Part shown: one piece after another, positions 1 to 12,031 of the stretch
Numbering within the stretch: position 1 is the stretch's first letter
Layout: every line of letters begins with the position of its first letter
Origin: Takakia lepidozioides
Lineage: Eukaryota > Plantae > Bryophyta
Assembly (NCBI GenBank): GCA_030704615.1
Contig: CM060733.1
Coordinates: forward strand, 11,346,001-11,410,000
Direction: 5' to 3'
Length of the DNA: 64,000 nucleotides
Notes under the pieces: generated by a model
Seen by the model: only the letters and a program-made list of their open reading frames with translations
Database searches by the model: none
What the model was told of the DNA's origin: nothing
Position numbers and translations under genes: made by a program

Positions 1-1231
1 TTCAGCCTTTCAAATGTCTGATCAGCTTTCTCGTCCCATACAAATTTGTCCTTCCCTGTGAGTCGTGTCAATGGTGTAGCAATCTTGGAGTAGTCATTGA
101 TGAAGATTCTAAGAAATTTACAAATCCCAGAAAACATTGTAGATCTCGGACCGAAGTTGGTTTAATCCACTCGATGATGGTTTATATTTTCTTCTGATCC
201 ATAAAGACGCCTTTGTCGGAAATAATGTAGCCCAGAAATTCGACCTCAGATTGATGGAAAAGACATTTTTTCAACTTGGCATATAGTCCTTTTTCTCAAG
301 TACCTTTGTCTGTTGTGGTCTTGATCGGAGTCGCATAAAATGAAAATGTCGCATTCTTTTTGGTAGCTCTCATGCAAGCTCTAGCTCCAAGGAAAAGGGG
401 TTGAATACCTTTGATATTTCTACATTTTTGTCTTGCAAAAAATTTCGCGATCGCCAGTCGATGTAAAGATTGTGAAGTACGAACCAGAGAAGTCCAAGGA
501 TTACAAGATTTGTTGAAGACTGGATGACGTTGAAAACAATATGTGATGTTTGATCTTCAAGCTTCACTTCAAGTGGTCGAGTTTCATGGTCAACATTTCC
601 TGATGCTAACGGTCGTCCATCAATGACTTCAATGGGGGCCAAGAGTTTCTTCTTTACGAGCTTTAAATTGTGTTGTTTCGCAAAGTTTTTGTCAATAAAA
701 CATGTTGAAGCCCCCGAGTCCAAAAGTGCTTCTATAGAGATATCTCGATTTTGCACTCTGATTTTTATCGGAATTATGAAGCAAGGTGCAGGGTCTGGAG
801 GTAGAAAGAGACCTATTTTTTGTGAGAAATTTGTGGTGTCCAGCCGCATAGCCCTACTGTGACTGAACATCTTCGTTTTCCGACCTCCTTGTATCAAACA
901 CTTGAGTTGCGCCCCGAACTTTGAATCTTTTCTTGTTGGGGCAGTTTAATGCTATGTGATCTTCTTCTCCGTAATAGAGGCATAATCCATTCGAGCGTCT
1001 TCAACAACTTGTATGGTTGAAGATCCATTGTTCGATTATTTTAACTCTGAAATTTGTTGTTGGAAATTGTAGAGAGCGTTGCCAAGATCTTGAGACTGAT
1101 CAGCTTGTAATTGGGCGGTAGAGGTACGAAGTTATTGCATCTGGAGCTGAAGACTCTTCAATGTGGCGACCATTTCCGCAAATGTGTCTTCCATCTTAAC
1201 TAACTAAGGAACAAACTTAGTCCCGCCAAAC
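1..1231 (-). mobile_element. Degenerate Ty3/Gypsy LTR retrotransposon internal region (gag remnant, aspartic protease, RT/connection fragment), probably Tcn1-like chromovirus
   Basis: ORF 370..897 has ALLDSGASTCFID...VIDGRPL...VILGLLW (retropepsin). Bases 1-300 read [22 protein letters not shown]...LQCFLGFVNF (RT C-terminus) with stops and frameshifts. A gag-like ATG follows the LTR end. There is a large internal deletion between protease and RT. Confidence 0.9.
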
Positions 1232-1438
1232 TGTCAAGGACGAGAACATGACTGAATACAAACAAGAAATCAGACTAGAGGTACAAGACTAGACAAGAAG
1301 TCAAGGTCAGCGTGACCGAATGCATGATGTGTAAACATAATCAAGATGATCTTTATAACAATGGACAAGAGTACAAGATACTGGAACTCGACTTGAATAT
1401 TGGAATGTTGGAAACTGGACTATAGTGCCAGATACTTG
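1232..1438 (-). repeat. Partial LTR of the Gypsy element (5' LTR in element orientation)
   Basis: Begins TGTCAAGGACGAGAAC and is near-identical to the sequence starting at 63611. It abuts the gag-side internal region. Confidence 0.85.
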
Positions 1439-1439
1439 T

Positions 1440-1610
1440 AGAATGGACCCCTCCAACGGACTACAGGGTGGGTGGACCCTCGAGCAGGCGACTGGATTGT
1501 CCAATGGACACTTTTGGTGGACCCGATGGATAGATAGTGGGCTTGTGAGGTGACCCCATGGGCAGTACTGGCAGGGCCATATGCGCATTGAAGACCCTAT
1601 TATCTTAAAA
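1440..1610. mobile_element. Terminal remnant of the same MULE family as 46345-58276
   Basis: CATTGAAGACCCTATTATCTTAAAA at about 1586-1610 matches the MULE TIR (CATTGAAGACCTTATTATCTTAAAA near 58244-58268). Confidence 0.6.
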
Positions 1611-2228
1611 AAAAAACCATTGATAACCTGCAGATAGAATTATTTTTACTATTGATAATCGATGGGTATTAAATTTTAAAATTTGCTTAATAACTGGGAC
1701 GGGAGAGTCGGTATAGGATTTGCAAACTTAATTTTGTAATATCCGGAACCCGTAGTTATAATTAAAAACTGATAATCGCCCAACAGTGGTCATGAGACGT
1801 CACCATCCACGCGTCCATCACCATCCAAATTGTATTCCTCAAGATTTATGTTGACAAACGTAGCGACGTGGGGTGTGAAGACCATCTCTCACATTCTAGC
1901 GACGACCGAAGGTCGGAAGCTAGTTTAGCATAGAGCAGGATTAGGGTGCTATAGTGCCACGTCATCAATTTCTTTGGAATCTGCCTAGACAGCCCGCGCG
2001 AAAAACCCCAAAGCGCGAAGTTGTTTTGGCATTGCCCGGACTGCTCGGTTCTTGGAGTTCTTGAACTGCACGAGCTCTGCGTTTCCGCCATCGTGCACCT
2101 TGCAAGCTCTCAACAGTCTCGCTGCTCAATGCAAACCGTGGCCTTTCCCTCATTCGATCAGCTTCGGTTTTCGTGCAAAGGCTCCGCACATCACATCATT
2201 TTGCTTGCTTAGGCTTGTGAACGTGTTT

Positions 2229-3140
2229 TGGTCGTGACAGCCACATCATCAATCATGATGGTAAGGTTGTTTGCTTTTGGGCCCTTTTCCAAGCATTGAA
2301 TAGAAAGTTTGGGGTAATGAATCAACAAGAAGTGATACAAAGTATGCTGATGAGCATAACAATGTTTTTCTGATGGAGTGAGATGTTTCTGAAACTCAAC
2401 AATGGTTGTCACAGACACATTCAAGGATAAAAAACTAACAAACATGTCTTCCTTCAAAATATGACTTGCTAAAGAGTGTGTTTTGAATTGGCAGTACGGG
2501 TGAGAGATCATGTCACCTCCCGTCTGATAGGGCACAATCAGGAGGTGTGTGGCCTCAAGTGGTCACCGTCAGGCCAACAGCTAGCAAGTGGAGGCAATGA
2601 CAACTTGCTCCACATTTTGGATGCAGCTGTCACATCATCATGACCTGAGTCAGCAGTCTATCTACACAGGCTGGACGACCACCAAGCAGCTGTGAAAGCA
2701 CTTGCCTGGTGCGCCTTCCAGGCCAACTTACTGGTGCCTGTATCAACAGTGTCCTATTTCTCGTGTAATGAGAAAGTTTTAGTGCACCGTATGTAGTTTC
2801 TTATGACTGAAAATGAGATGTTTGAAAAACTGTATTATATATGTTCCTCTAAATTCAGTTGGTGATATCTGAACTTTTCAGAATTGCATGAGCAAGTTAG
2901 GATGGCATATGTGAAGATGTTTTGCATCACACAAGGTTTCACTATTATTGATCTAGGTCTGGTGGTCAAACATTGGGTTGTGCACTCAGGTGTGTGCTCT
3001 GCAATGGAACCGGCATCAAAATGAGATACTGAGCAGCCATGGGTTCAGCTAGAATCAACTGTGCTTGCGGAAGTATCCATCTATGGCCAAAATTACTGAA
3101 CTCACTGGTCACACTGCCCGTGTTCTCCATCTTGCCCAAT
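2229..3140 (+). pseudogene. CDC20: CDC20/Fizzy WD40 gene fragment (intron-containing)
   Basis: Exon pieces read GRDSHIINHD | [41 protein letters not shown]...[11 protein letters not shown]...QANLL | [50 protein letters not shown]. It has in-frame stops, an internal deletion and no 5' or 3' end. Confidence 0.88.
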
Positions 3141-3229
3141 AACCGGTTTAGTACAAGTATGTACTCGATTTGTGAATTTTTCTTTGAAATCTGGCTCTGC
3201 CTCTCAATAGATTTTCTTTGTGTTGTACA

Positions 3230-4108
3230 GATTTTGCAGATGAGTTGAAGAAGGCATGCCAGTTTGGAAGTCTAACGACATTTGGACGTGGCTTGCCCAG
3301 AGGGGGTGAAGTATCAGCTATAAAATCCCTTGAGAGACAGGAGGGGATTCTTCGATCCCTAGCCCGACATGACCCTTTGGTATGCTTTTTCATTACATCT
3401 GAATTTGGTTGCTACAACAGGAAAGTCTGTTTCAATGTTTAATGAGAGCACCAACCTTCAGAAGTGGTAAATAGTTAAAGAGGGCTGCATACTGGATGGC
3501 CGGGCTTGCAGGTGAGCACACGATGTCTTCAGAAAGTAAGCAAGGGGCATCAGGCTGGGCATGGTGTGGGTCCAACGAGTTGGAGAGCTGCACAAGGCTG
3601 AGGTGGCAACGGAGTGGGGGTGCACTGTGCGTGATGTTGATGCCGTACTGGCAAAGTACGAGTGGGCAAAGGAGGCAAACATGCGTGTGATAAAGCTTAA
3701 GGAGGAAGGCAAGCTGCTTGCCAAGTCTCTTGACGAGGTTAGTCTCCCGTGTTTGCTGCCTAAGAGCTCTTGTATGTTTTTGTTATGCTCTGGCAGCTGC
3801 ATTATCGTCTCAAAATCTCTCCTCCCGCTGTCTCACCAATGGCTTTCCACTGTTTGTCTGTTTCCTACCATCTTTTAATACCTTGAATAATGAAATATAT
3901 TTGTCCCTATACCTTGAATATAAGGTGGCCATAGCTGGGAGATGAAGGGTCTGGCCTGAGGTTGACACCATGGATTTGTTGGTTGGTGAAGGTGGAAGAG
4001 TTGATGGGGGGTCGCTGGGATGCGGCAGCATCTGTGAATCTTGCAAAAAGTGGACAACTGAGTCGAAATGCTGCTTTTCCATCCGGCTCTGGAAAGAAGT
4101 ACAAGAGG
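3230..4108 (+). pseudogene. Fragment of plant SRP54-M-like/SEC-C-motif protein gene (At3g04950-like)
   Basis: Three exon-like pieces: FADELKKACQFG...ERQEGILRSLARHDP; KAEVATEWGCTVRDVDAVLAKYEWAKEA...KLKEEGKLLAKSLDEV; NLAKSGQLSRNAAFPSGSGKKYKR. The SEC-C CPCGS cysteines are lost. Confidence 0.7.
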
Positions 4109-4353
4109 TGGGTTCTTTGCTCTTTTCACAACTCCTCTCATCTCTCTGCCCCATTCCAATGGGAGTGTCGTAAGGCGGAGAGAAGCAATGTTTCTGGCTA
4201 CTTTATCTCACACTCATACTTAAACAGATGGATTTTGCGGCTAGATGAGTCAAATTTCAAACTTAAAGCAAAGCAAGTAGTACTATCAAACATCAGGTAG
4301 GCTGGCAATAAGCTGGCCGTTCTGTGGCTTGAACACTATCTTACGTTTCACGC

Positions 4354-7300
4354 AATGTGGTGAGGGCACCTTCTTCTTCGACCTATTTCAGCCTGTTTTA
4401 TCTCTCATGAGACTCGGCCCTGAGATCCTGTTATCAGAGTCGTCCCTAAATTCTGATGTTGAACTCTGCAAGGTAGCTTGTTGGTGGATCTATGGTGGTT
4501 TTGGAGTGATTTTAACATGTTACTGCCAATGTGGCAACAGGAAAGAATCGAAATGCTCACCTCAACGATGACTGCAGCTTCTGAAAGAGGATCAAGAGAG
4601 GGAGTCCACAATGCCTCTTCTGGCACTTCTGCGCATGTGAAGATGCTTTGTGAGGCAGGTAGACTGACATAGGCTCTCTGCATAGATAGCTGAAGGAGCA
4701 GGGATAGAGGGTGGGTCTAGATTCATCTAAGAGGGCCGGATTTCAAGCTCCAGATCACCTATGATTCCCTGTGGAAAGACAGGTACAAGAAACAGATGGT
4801 CAACTGCAACCCGCAGCGGCAGCGGTCAGACACTGCTAATGAAGGCACCTTCTTCAACACATTTCACCCTGTTTTTCCTCTTATCAAAGTCGGCCCTAAA
4901 TTTCCGTGTTGAATTCTGCAAGTTAGCTGGTTGAGTGAACCTTTGATAGTTCGGAGTGAATGACATGATACGGCCAATGTGACAACAGGAAAGTATCCAG
5001 AAACGGGTAACAGAGCTGAGGAGAAACTGTGGAATGAATACTTTTCCTGACCCCAGTTAATGGTGGGACAACTGAGGCAAAAAGGTGAATGCATGTTGGA
5101 TTACAGAGAGTAGCAGATGCAATTGAGCATACAAACTAGTGTGATAAGTTGAGTTGGGTGTTTCCTAGAACTTCAAGCTCCAAATTACCTATGATTCCCT
5201 GTGGATCAATAGCTACAAGAAACCTGCATCGGTAGATGGTCACCTAAAGGCAGCAGCTGCAGCGGCACCTTTGCTAAAATCAGGCACCTCAACCATGACC
5301 ACAGCTTCTGCAAGGGGATCAAGAGAGGGAGTCCACAATGCCTCTTCTGGCACTTCTGGGCATGTGAAGATGCTTTGTGCGGCAAGTAGTCTGATAGAGG
5401 CTCTACAGACTTTAAACAAAGGAGGCATTTCAGCAGATTCAGATACGTATGTCTGTCTCTTGCTTAAGTGCATCAAGATGGAAGGTCTGGAAGCTGGAAA
5501 GCAGATGCACACTCACATTATCCAAAGTGTATTCCCGCCAAGTGTTTTTCTACTCAACACCCTTGTCTACATGTATATTAAGTGCAGGAGCATCATGGAT
5601 GCTCACCAAGTGTTCAACAGAATGCCTCAACCATCTTTGATCACGTGGAACGCGATGCTTGCAGGGTATGCACAGTAGTGGCGTGGTATGGAGGCCTTGG
5701 AGACCTATGATCAAATGATGGGGGAAGGGGTGAAGCCCGACCACATCACGTTTTTGTGCATTTGCAATGCGTGTGCAAGCCTGGCAGCTATGGAAAAGGG
5801 TGAAGAGGTGCATGGCGACATTGTCAGAGCTGCAATTGTACCAAATGTCATTATGAACAATACCCTCGTGGACATGTATGAAGGGAATGTTCGACAATAT
5901 GGCTGAACAAGATGTGGTGTCGTGGAGTGCGATGATTGCAGGATATGCACAACAACGGCACGGGATGGAGGCTCTGGAACACGATGCTTGCAGGGTATGC
6001 ACAGCAGGGGCGCGGTATGGAGGCTTTGGAGACCTATGAGCAAAAGATGTGCGAAGGGGTGAAGCCTGACCACATCACATTTGTTTGTGATTGCAATGCG
6101 TGTGCAAGCCTGGGAGCTCTGGAAAATGGGAAAGACGTCCATGGTGACATCGTCAAAGCTGGAATTGCACCAGATTCATCCTGAACACTACGCTGGTGGA
6201 CATATGCCAAATGTGAGTGGATCGAGGATGCGAAGGGAGTTTTCAACACTGTGGCTGAACGAGATGTGGTGTCGTGGAACACGATGCTTGCAGGGTATGC
6301 ACAGCAGGGGCACGGGATGGAGGCTTTGGAGACCTATGAACAAATGATGGGGGAAGTGGTGAAGCCCGACCACATCACGTTTGTGTGCATTTGCAGTGCG
6401 TATGCAAGCCTGACAGCCCTGGAAAAGGGCATGGTTGCATCGCCAAAGCTGGAATTGTACCAGATGCGGTTCTGAACAATACCCTCGTGGACATGTATGC
6501 CAGATGTGGAATGCGATGATCGCAGGATATGCCCAGCATGTTGTCATAGGGAGGTCCTACAACTATTTGAAGGAATGCAAAAGAACGGCTTGAAGCTGGA
6601 CAACCTTTATATGTGTTCTCTCTGCATGCAGTCACACTGGCCTACTAAATGAAGGAAGACACTACTTCGATTCCCTGAGTCAAGATCATGGTATCACTCC
6701 GACAGTAAAGCACTTTGGCTGCATGGTGGACCTTCTTGGACGTGCGGGACAACTGCATGAGGCAGTGGACCCGATTAATAAAATGCCAATCAATCCAGAT
6801 GTTGTGGTGTGGAAGGCCTTGCTTGGTGCCTGCAGAATCCATGGCAATGTGGAGATGGCTAAACGTGTGGCAACATCTATCCTCAAGTAGGATGAACAGG
6901 ATGCCGCGACTTATGTGCTATTATCAAACATCTATGCTGCAGCTGGCAGGTGGGATGATACTGCACAAGTGAGAAGAATGATGAAGGTGAGAGGGGTTAA
7001 AAAGGAGCCAGGTCGCTGCTGCATTGAGGTTGACAACAGGGTGCACACTTTCGTTGTAGATGACAAGTTGCATCCCAGAATTAAGGAAATCCATGCTGAG
7101 CTACAAGATTGTCTGGGCAGATGAAGAAGGTGGGGTATGTGCCTGACACGCACTTTGTATTGCATGATGTGGGGAGGAGGAAAATGAATTTTCTCTTTGC
7201 CACCACAGTGAGAAGCTGGCCATTGGTTTTGGGCTGATCAGACGACCCCTAGGACGCCTCTCCGTCTCATCAAGAATCTTCGAGTGTGTGGTGACTGCCA

Positions 7301-7412
7301 TACCTCCACCAAATTCATCTCAAAGATTGTTGGCCGAGCAATTGTTGTACGGGACGCTAACCGCTTTCACCACTTTGAAGATGGGATTTGTTCTTGTGGT
7401 GATTACTGGTGA
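4354..7412 (+). pseudogene. PDF-motif/PLS-PPR-E-DYW editing factor pseudogene
   Basis: PDF halves: 4721-4825 IHLRGPDFKLQITYDSLW; 4989-5084 EEKLWNEYF..P..WWDN; 5170-5250 FKLQITYDSLWINSYKKPASVDG, which runs in frame into PPR ORF 5271..5678. P-L-S repeats follow, then E (LLSNIYAAAGRWDD), PG box (PGRCCIEVDNRVHTF), [22 protein letters not shown] and [14 protein letters not shown] ending at 7412. Many stops and frameshifts. Confidence 0.92.
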
Positions 7413-8269
7413 AAGGATGTTTTCTTGGAAAGATGTGAGTGTCTTGCTTCATTCATTGATCTGTGTAGCTACTTAGACCATCCACCATTTCCTGGGAGTA
7501 TTGACCATCATGGGGTCTACCCGGCATAGGTGGGAAGTCAACCCATAATTGCACTTGACTGAAAGGGTGTTTTTTGACTGATTCTGGTGACAGTGGATGG
7601 AACTCAGAGTGCTGTCCTAATTCTAGGTTTGGGTGGTGGAGCTTCTCCAAGGCTTGAAGATGAAAGTGAATACGAATTTTAATGAGCTTGATGAGAGGGG
7701 CAGCCCTGTGCACAAGTTTGTTCAACATCTTAAATTTGGACATTTGGACATGTTTGTTTGTTTATCGTGATGTGGCTTTGGATGGAGCCCTCGACAAACT
7801 TGCATGAATATTGTCAAAAGCTAGCCTTAACCCACCAAGATCCAATCCCATGGTGGCTGCTTGAAAGTTCATATAGTGATTGTAAGGGTATTTGGATATG
7901 TTGTTATTGATTGATGCGGCTTGCCTGCCTCACACTATTACATCGGTTTGTGCATGTTGGAGTTCAAGGTTGGGGGTAACTACTTGAGGTGCCAATCTCA
8001 AACAAGCCGAAAAACTGCTCCTCCTTGTGGATCTACTGGTCTTTCTCTTTATCTCTCTCTCTCTCTCTCTCTCTGGTCCAGCTTGAAATTTTAGTTTTTG
8101 TTCCTGCAGGTTCTGAAGCATTTGTTGATGCATAGTCCTCCAGAACAAGCTCTGATCCTGTTGCCTCGTTGCTGTCAAGTGTGAATGGATTTGAGGTGTC
8201 TCATCACGTGTGGAAGTGTCTGCATATTGGGCAGAAAAGGGGGTTCAACTCCCCCTCACTTCTTGGCAG

Positions 8270-9705
8270 GATTTACCAAGCATGGGTGTGGTAGGAATAC
8301 TTTGGAGACCTATGTGCAAATTCTGCGCGAAGGGGTGAAGCCCAACCACATCACATTTGTTTGTGTTTGCAATGCGTGTGCAAGCTCTGGAAAAGGGGAA
8401 AGAGGTCCTGCTGACATCGTCAAAGCTGGAATTGTACCAGATGTTATTCCGAACACTGCCCTGGTGGAAATGTATGTCGAATGTGCGTGCATCGAGGATC
8501 CCAAGGGAGTGCTTGAAAGTATGGCTGAATGAGATGTGGAGTGCGATGATTGCAGGCTATGCACAACAAGGATGCGGGATGGAGGCTTTGGAGACCTATG
8601 AGCAAGTGATGTGCGAAGGAGTGAAGCCCAATCACATAACGTTTGTTTTTGTTTGCAATGCATGTGCAAGCCTTGGAGCTCTGGAAAAAGGGAAAGAGGT
8701 CCATGGTGACATCGTCAAAGCTGGAAATGTACCAGATGTCATCCTGAACACTGCCCTGGTCGACATGTATGCACGGGATGGAGGCTTTGGAGACCTATGA
8801 GCAAATGTGCAAAGGGGGGAGGGGATTCCACGCCTGGATTGCCCTTGCATTCAGATGCTGCCCTCCGCAAGCCTGGCACCCTGGAAAAGGGCAAGAGGTG
8901 CATGGTTGCATCACCAAAATCTGCGAAGGGAGGGTTCGGCACTATGGCCGAACGTGATGTGGTGTCGTGGAGCATGATGCTTACAGGGTATGCACAGCAG
9001 GGGCCCGGGAGGAGGCTTTGGATACCTATGAGCAAATGATGGGGGAAGGGGTGAAGCCCGACCACATCAGGTTTGTGCATTTGCAGTGTGTGTGCAAGCC
9101 TGGCAGCCCTGGAAAAGGGCAGAGGGTTTATGGTTGCATCGCCAAAGCTGGAATTCTACCAGATGTGGTTCTGAACAAACCCTCGTGGACATGTATGCCA
9201 AATGTGGGTGCATCGAGGATGTGGAGGGAGTGTTTGACCATATGGCCAAACGAGTGTGGTAGGCTTGGAGTGCCATGATTGTAGGATATGCACAGCAGGG
9301 GCACGGGATGGAGGCTATGGAGACCTACAAGCAAATGATATGGGAAGGGGTGAAGCCTGACCACATCACGTGTGTTGGTGTTTGCAACGTGTGTGCAAGC
9401 CTCGTAGCCCTGGAGAAGGGCAGAGAGGTCCATAGTGACATTGTCAAAGCTGGAATTGTACCAGATGTCGTTCCAAACAGTGCCCTGGTGGATATGTATG
9501 CCAAATGTGGGTGCATTGAAGACGAGAAGGGAGTGTTTGACAATATGGCTAAACAAAATGTGGTGTCTTGGAGTGCCATGACAATAGCATGGGTGTGGGA
9601 TGGAGGCTATGGAGACCTATGAGCAAATGATGCAGGAAAGGGGTGAAGCCAAATCACATCATGTTCTTGTGATTGCAATGTGTGTGCGAGCCTGGCAGCC
9701 CTGGG
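8270..9705 (+). pseudogene. PLS-PPR array fragment (degenerate)
   Basis: Repeated EALETYEQM..EGVKPNHITF / IVPDVILNTALVDMY / DVVSWSAMIAGY motifs broken by frameshifts and stops; no N- or C-terminus. Confidence 0.9.
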
Positions 9706-9794
9706 CACAATTATTCATGTTGTAGACAACATAAAGTAGAGGGAGTGTTTGAGAGAGATTCATCATTGCATAATGTTACCCCGTTTGTGGCTCA

Positions 9795-10180
9795 GGGTAT
9801 ATATATGCTGGTGGTGGGATTTTCCCGACTCCCCAAATATCTGCCTAAGGCCGTCTGGCGCTACCGTATGTCTTACATAGGCTTCCATATGTATGCTCTA
9901 TCAGATCGACACCAACCGAAGCAAGTGGGAAGATTTGGCAGCTGTCTTTGGCATGGTCATTGGCTACAAACTTATCTTCTTCCTCATGATAAAGTTTACT
10001 GAGGATGTGAGCCCAATCCTCCGCTCGCTCCTTGCCAAGCCTGCCCAGGGCTGCCTGACACGGAAAAATTCAGCTGTCCAGAACACAATTCGACCCCTCT
10101 CTATGACACCATCCCCTGTCCATGATGCTGCTCCGCTGCGGTATTCCACAGGCAAGCAATTTGGTGCGTCCCCATGCTGA
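9795..10180 (+). pseudogene. ABCG (WBC/ABCG11-like) half-transporter C-terminal fragment
   Basis: GIYMLVVGFSRLPKYLPKAVWRYRMSYIGFHMYAL, then after a deletion QIDTNRSKWEDLAAVFGMVIGYKLIFFLMIKFTEDVSP. Confidence 0.78.
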
Positions 10181-10930
10181 TTCTTACAACAGGGAAAAAG
10201 TACCTGTCACTATCTTAGGTAATCTAACAACTGCGCAAACAGTGCTGTTGTGAACATGATACGACAACAATGGTAATGCATGAAAGAGGGTGATTGATGG
10301 TTAACACCTCTAGCGGGACTGGAAAATTCATCTGGATCCCATTCACTGGTGGGAATTTGCAATAACAAAGCCTCTAGCTGAGAATATTGTTTTCTTTGCT
10401 TTTGGTTAGCTCAGTTGTAGAGAGAGCTGGTGCCACAAGAGTCTGATACAGAAATGTGAGGTAATTATTCTAGTCTATCAGTGGGGAATCCAGAGATTAA
10501 TGAAGCGATAAAGGTGGCAGTTACTTGTCCTGCCTCAATCATAGCAACAACCATTACTTCTAGGTACATAATTTATTGCTACACAAATTCTGTCATTGGC
10601 GCCTGCTGTGTATTATATTCTGCAGTGAAAAGCCTTGGACGGCTGCTTCTTTTTCCCTTGTTGAACGGATGGAATGCAACTGATCTGAGAATGTAATGCA
10701 AGAATGCAGTTTGCAATGTAGAGTCTGTATGGACAATGTAATGGTGATTCCAGCACTGGGACTGTGATACTGGCAACTATGAAGTGCGTAGAGAAAGCAG
10801 ACAGACCAACTTGAGAAGGAGAAATAAAAGAGAGACCACTGGACCACTTGAGGCTCCTCATGATATACTTAGTGCTTCAGAAAATAAATATGGATACTCT
10901 AATGCAAGGTGCACTACAATCTCAGATCCT

Positions 10931-11310
10931 GCTTTCCACCACTTTGAAGATGGGATTTGTTCTTGTGGTGATAGGATGTTTTCTTGGAAAGATGCTAGTG
11001 TCTGGTGACAATGGATGGAAATTAGAGTGCTGTCCTAATTCTGGGTTTGGGTGGTGGAGCTTCTTCAAAGCTTGAAGATGGAAGTGAATACGAATTTTAA
11101 TGAGCTTGATGAGAGGGGCAGCCCTGTACACGAGTTTGTTCAGCATCTTAAATTTAGACATGTTTGTTTGTTTCTCGTGGGGTGGCTTTGGATGGAGCCC
11201 TTGATGAACTTGCATGACTATTGTCAAAAGCTAGCCTTAACCCACCAAGATCCAATCCCATGGTGGATGCTTGAAAGTTCATATAGTGAATGTAAGAGTA
11301 TGCGGCTTGT
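10931..11310 (+). repeat. Duplicated DYW tail plus 3' flank (copy of about 7364-7435 and 7583-7925)
   Basis: [13 protein letters not shown] followed by a high-identity copy of the sequence downstream of the 7412 stop, with an internal deletion. Confidence 0.85.
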
Positions 11311-11497
11311 GAAAATTGAACATTGAAGTGCAGATCCGCCATTTTTCTTCCAGATAAAAACAAAACACGAGATCTCTGAATGTAACAGTGTGGGGATGAC
11401 CCACCCCTTTTTTGTGAAAAATTGAACATAGTTCTCAGAATTCGTCGCTAGTAGTGCGGAGCAACGCGAAGCCCTAGTTCCTACTTTTGCCGAGTTG

Positions 11498-11665
11498 GAC
11501 AACCAGCATGTAGCCAAGTGGTAATGGGCACACACCACGTTGGATGTGGTTGTGGGTTCAAACCAGGGTCTGGTTGTGTCAAGAAGGTATCCACCTTTCA
11601 GGCAGTGGCCCTTGTGGTGAAGAGACACCGTAAGCTCCGCTCCCTTGGGGAGGCGTCATACTTTT
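11498..11665 (+). mobile_element. tRNA-derived SINE (T-tailed), copy 1
   Basis: Starts GACAACCAGC, with A box TAGCCAAGTGG and B box GGTTCAAACC. Homologous over its length to 45925-46103. Confidence 0.75.
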
Positions 11666-12031
11666 ACTTTCGCCAGTCATCACGGAGGAGAGCAACAATG
11701 ACATGACGGTAGAGAGTAGCATTCAGACAGTGGACCGGAATATTCATAGTACATTCTTTTCGCATTGAGCCCACTCAGGTAGATTCAGTCAAACCATGAC
11801 TGCAGAGATGCGACAAAGGGCAAAGTGTGAGAGTATTAATGCCTGCGGGATCGCAGTTCCGGCTGTTCCGGTCTGTATGTTGCTGTCTCTCAGCCAGAGT
11901 ACATCGCAAGGTGGGGGGGTGTGTTTGCAATCCTTTCGTATACATAGAAGGGAGGGAAGTGTGCGGGGAGGTTCAAGGACTGACGGGTTTGATCGTCAAT
12001 CCGGGGAAGGCTGTACACGTCGGGGCGAGAT

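Noticed and set aside
6990-7412. U-to-C (DYW:KP/GRP-type) editing domain
   Set aside because: The domain has a PG box, HSEKLA and a DYW terminus, which is the ordinary C-to-U type.
7453-7890. ORFs in the duplicated DYW 3' flank (DPIPWW, hAT-like)
   Set aside because: Frames are not conserved between the two copies and the motif is too short to support a call.
11498-11570. Functional tRNA gene
   Set aside because: It has A and B boxes but no convincing cloverleaf, and it continues into a shared SINE body and T tail.
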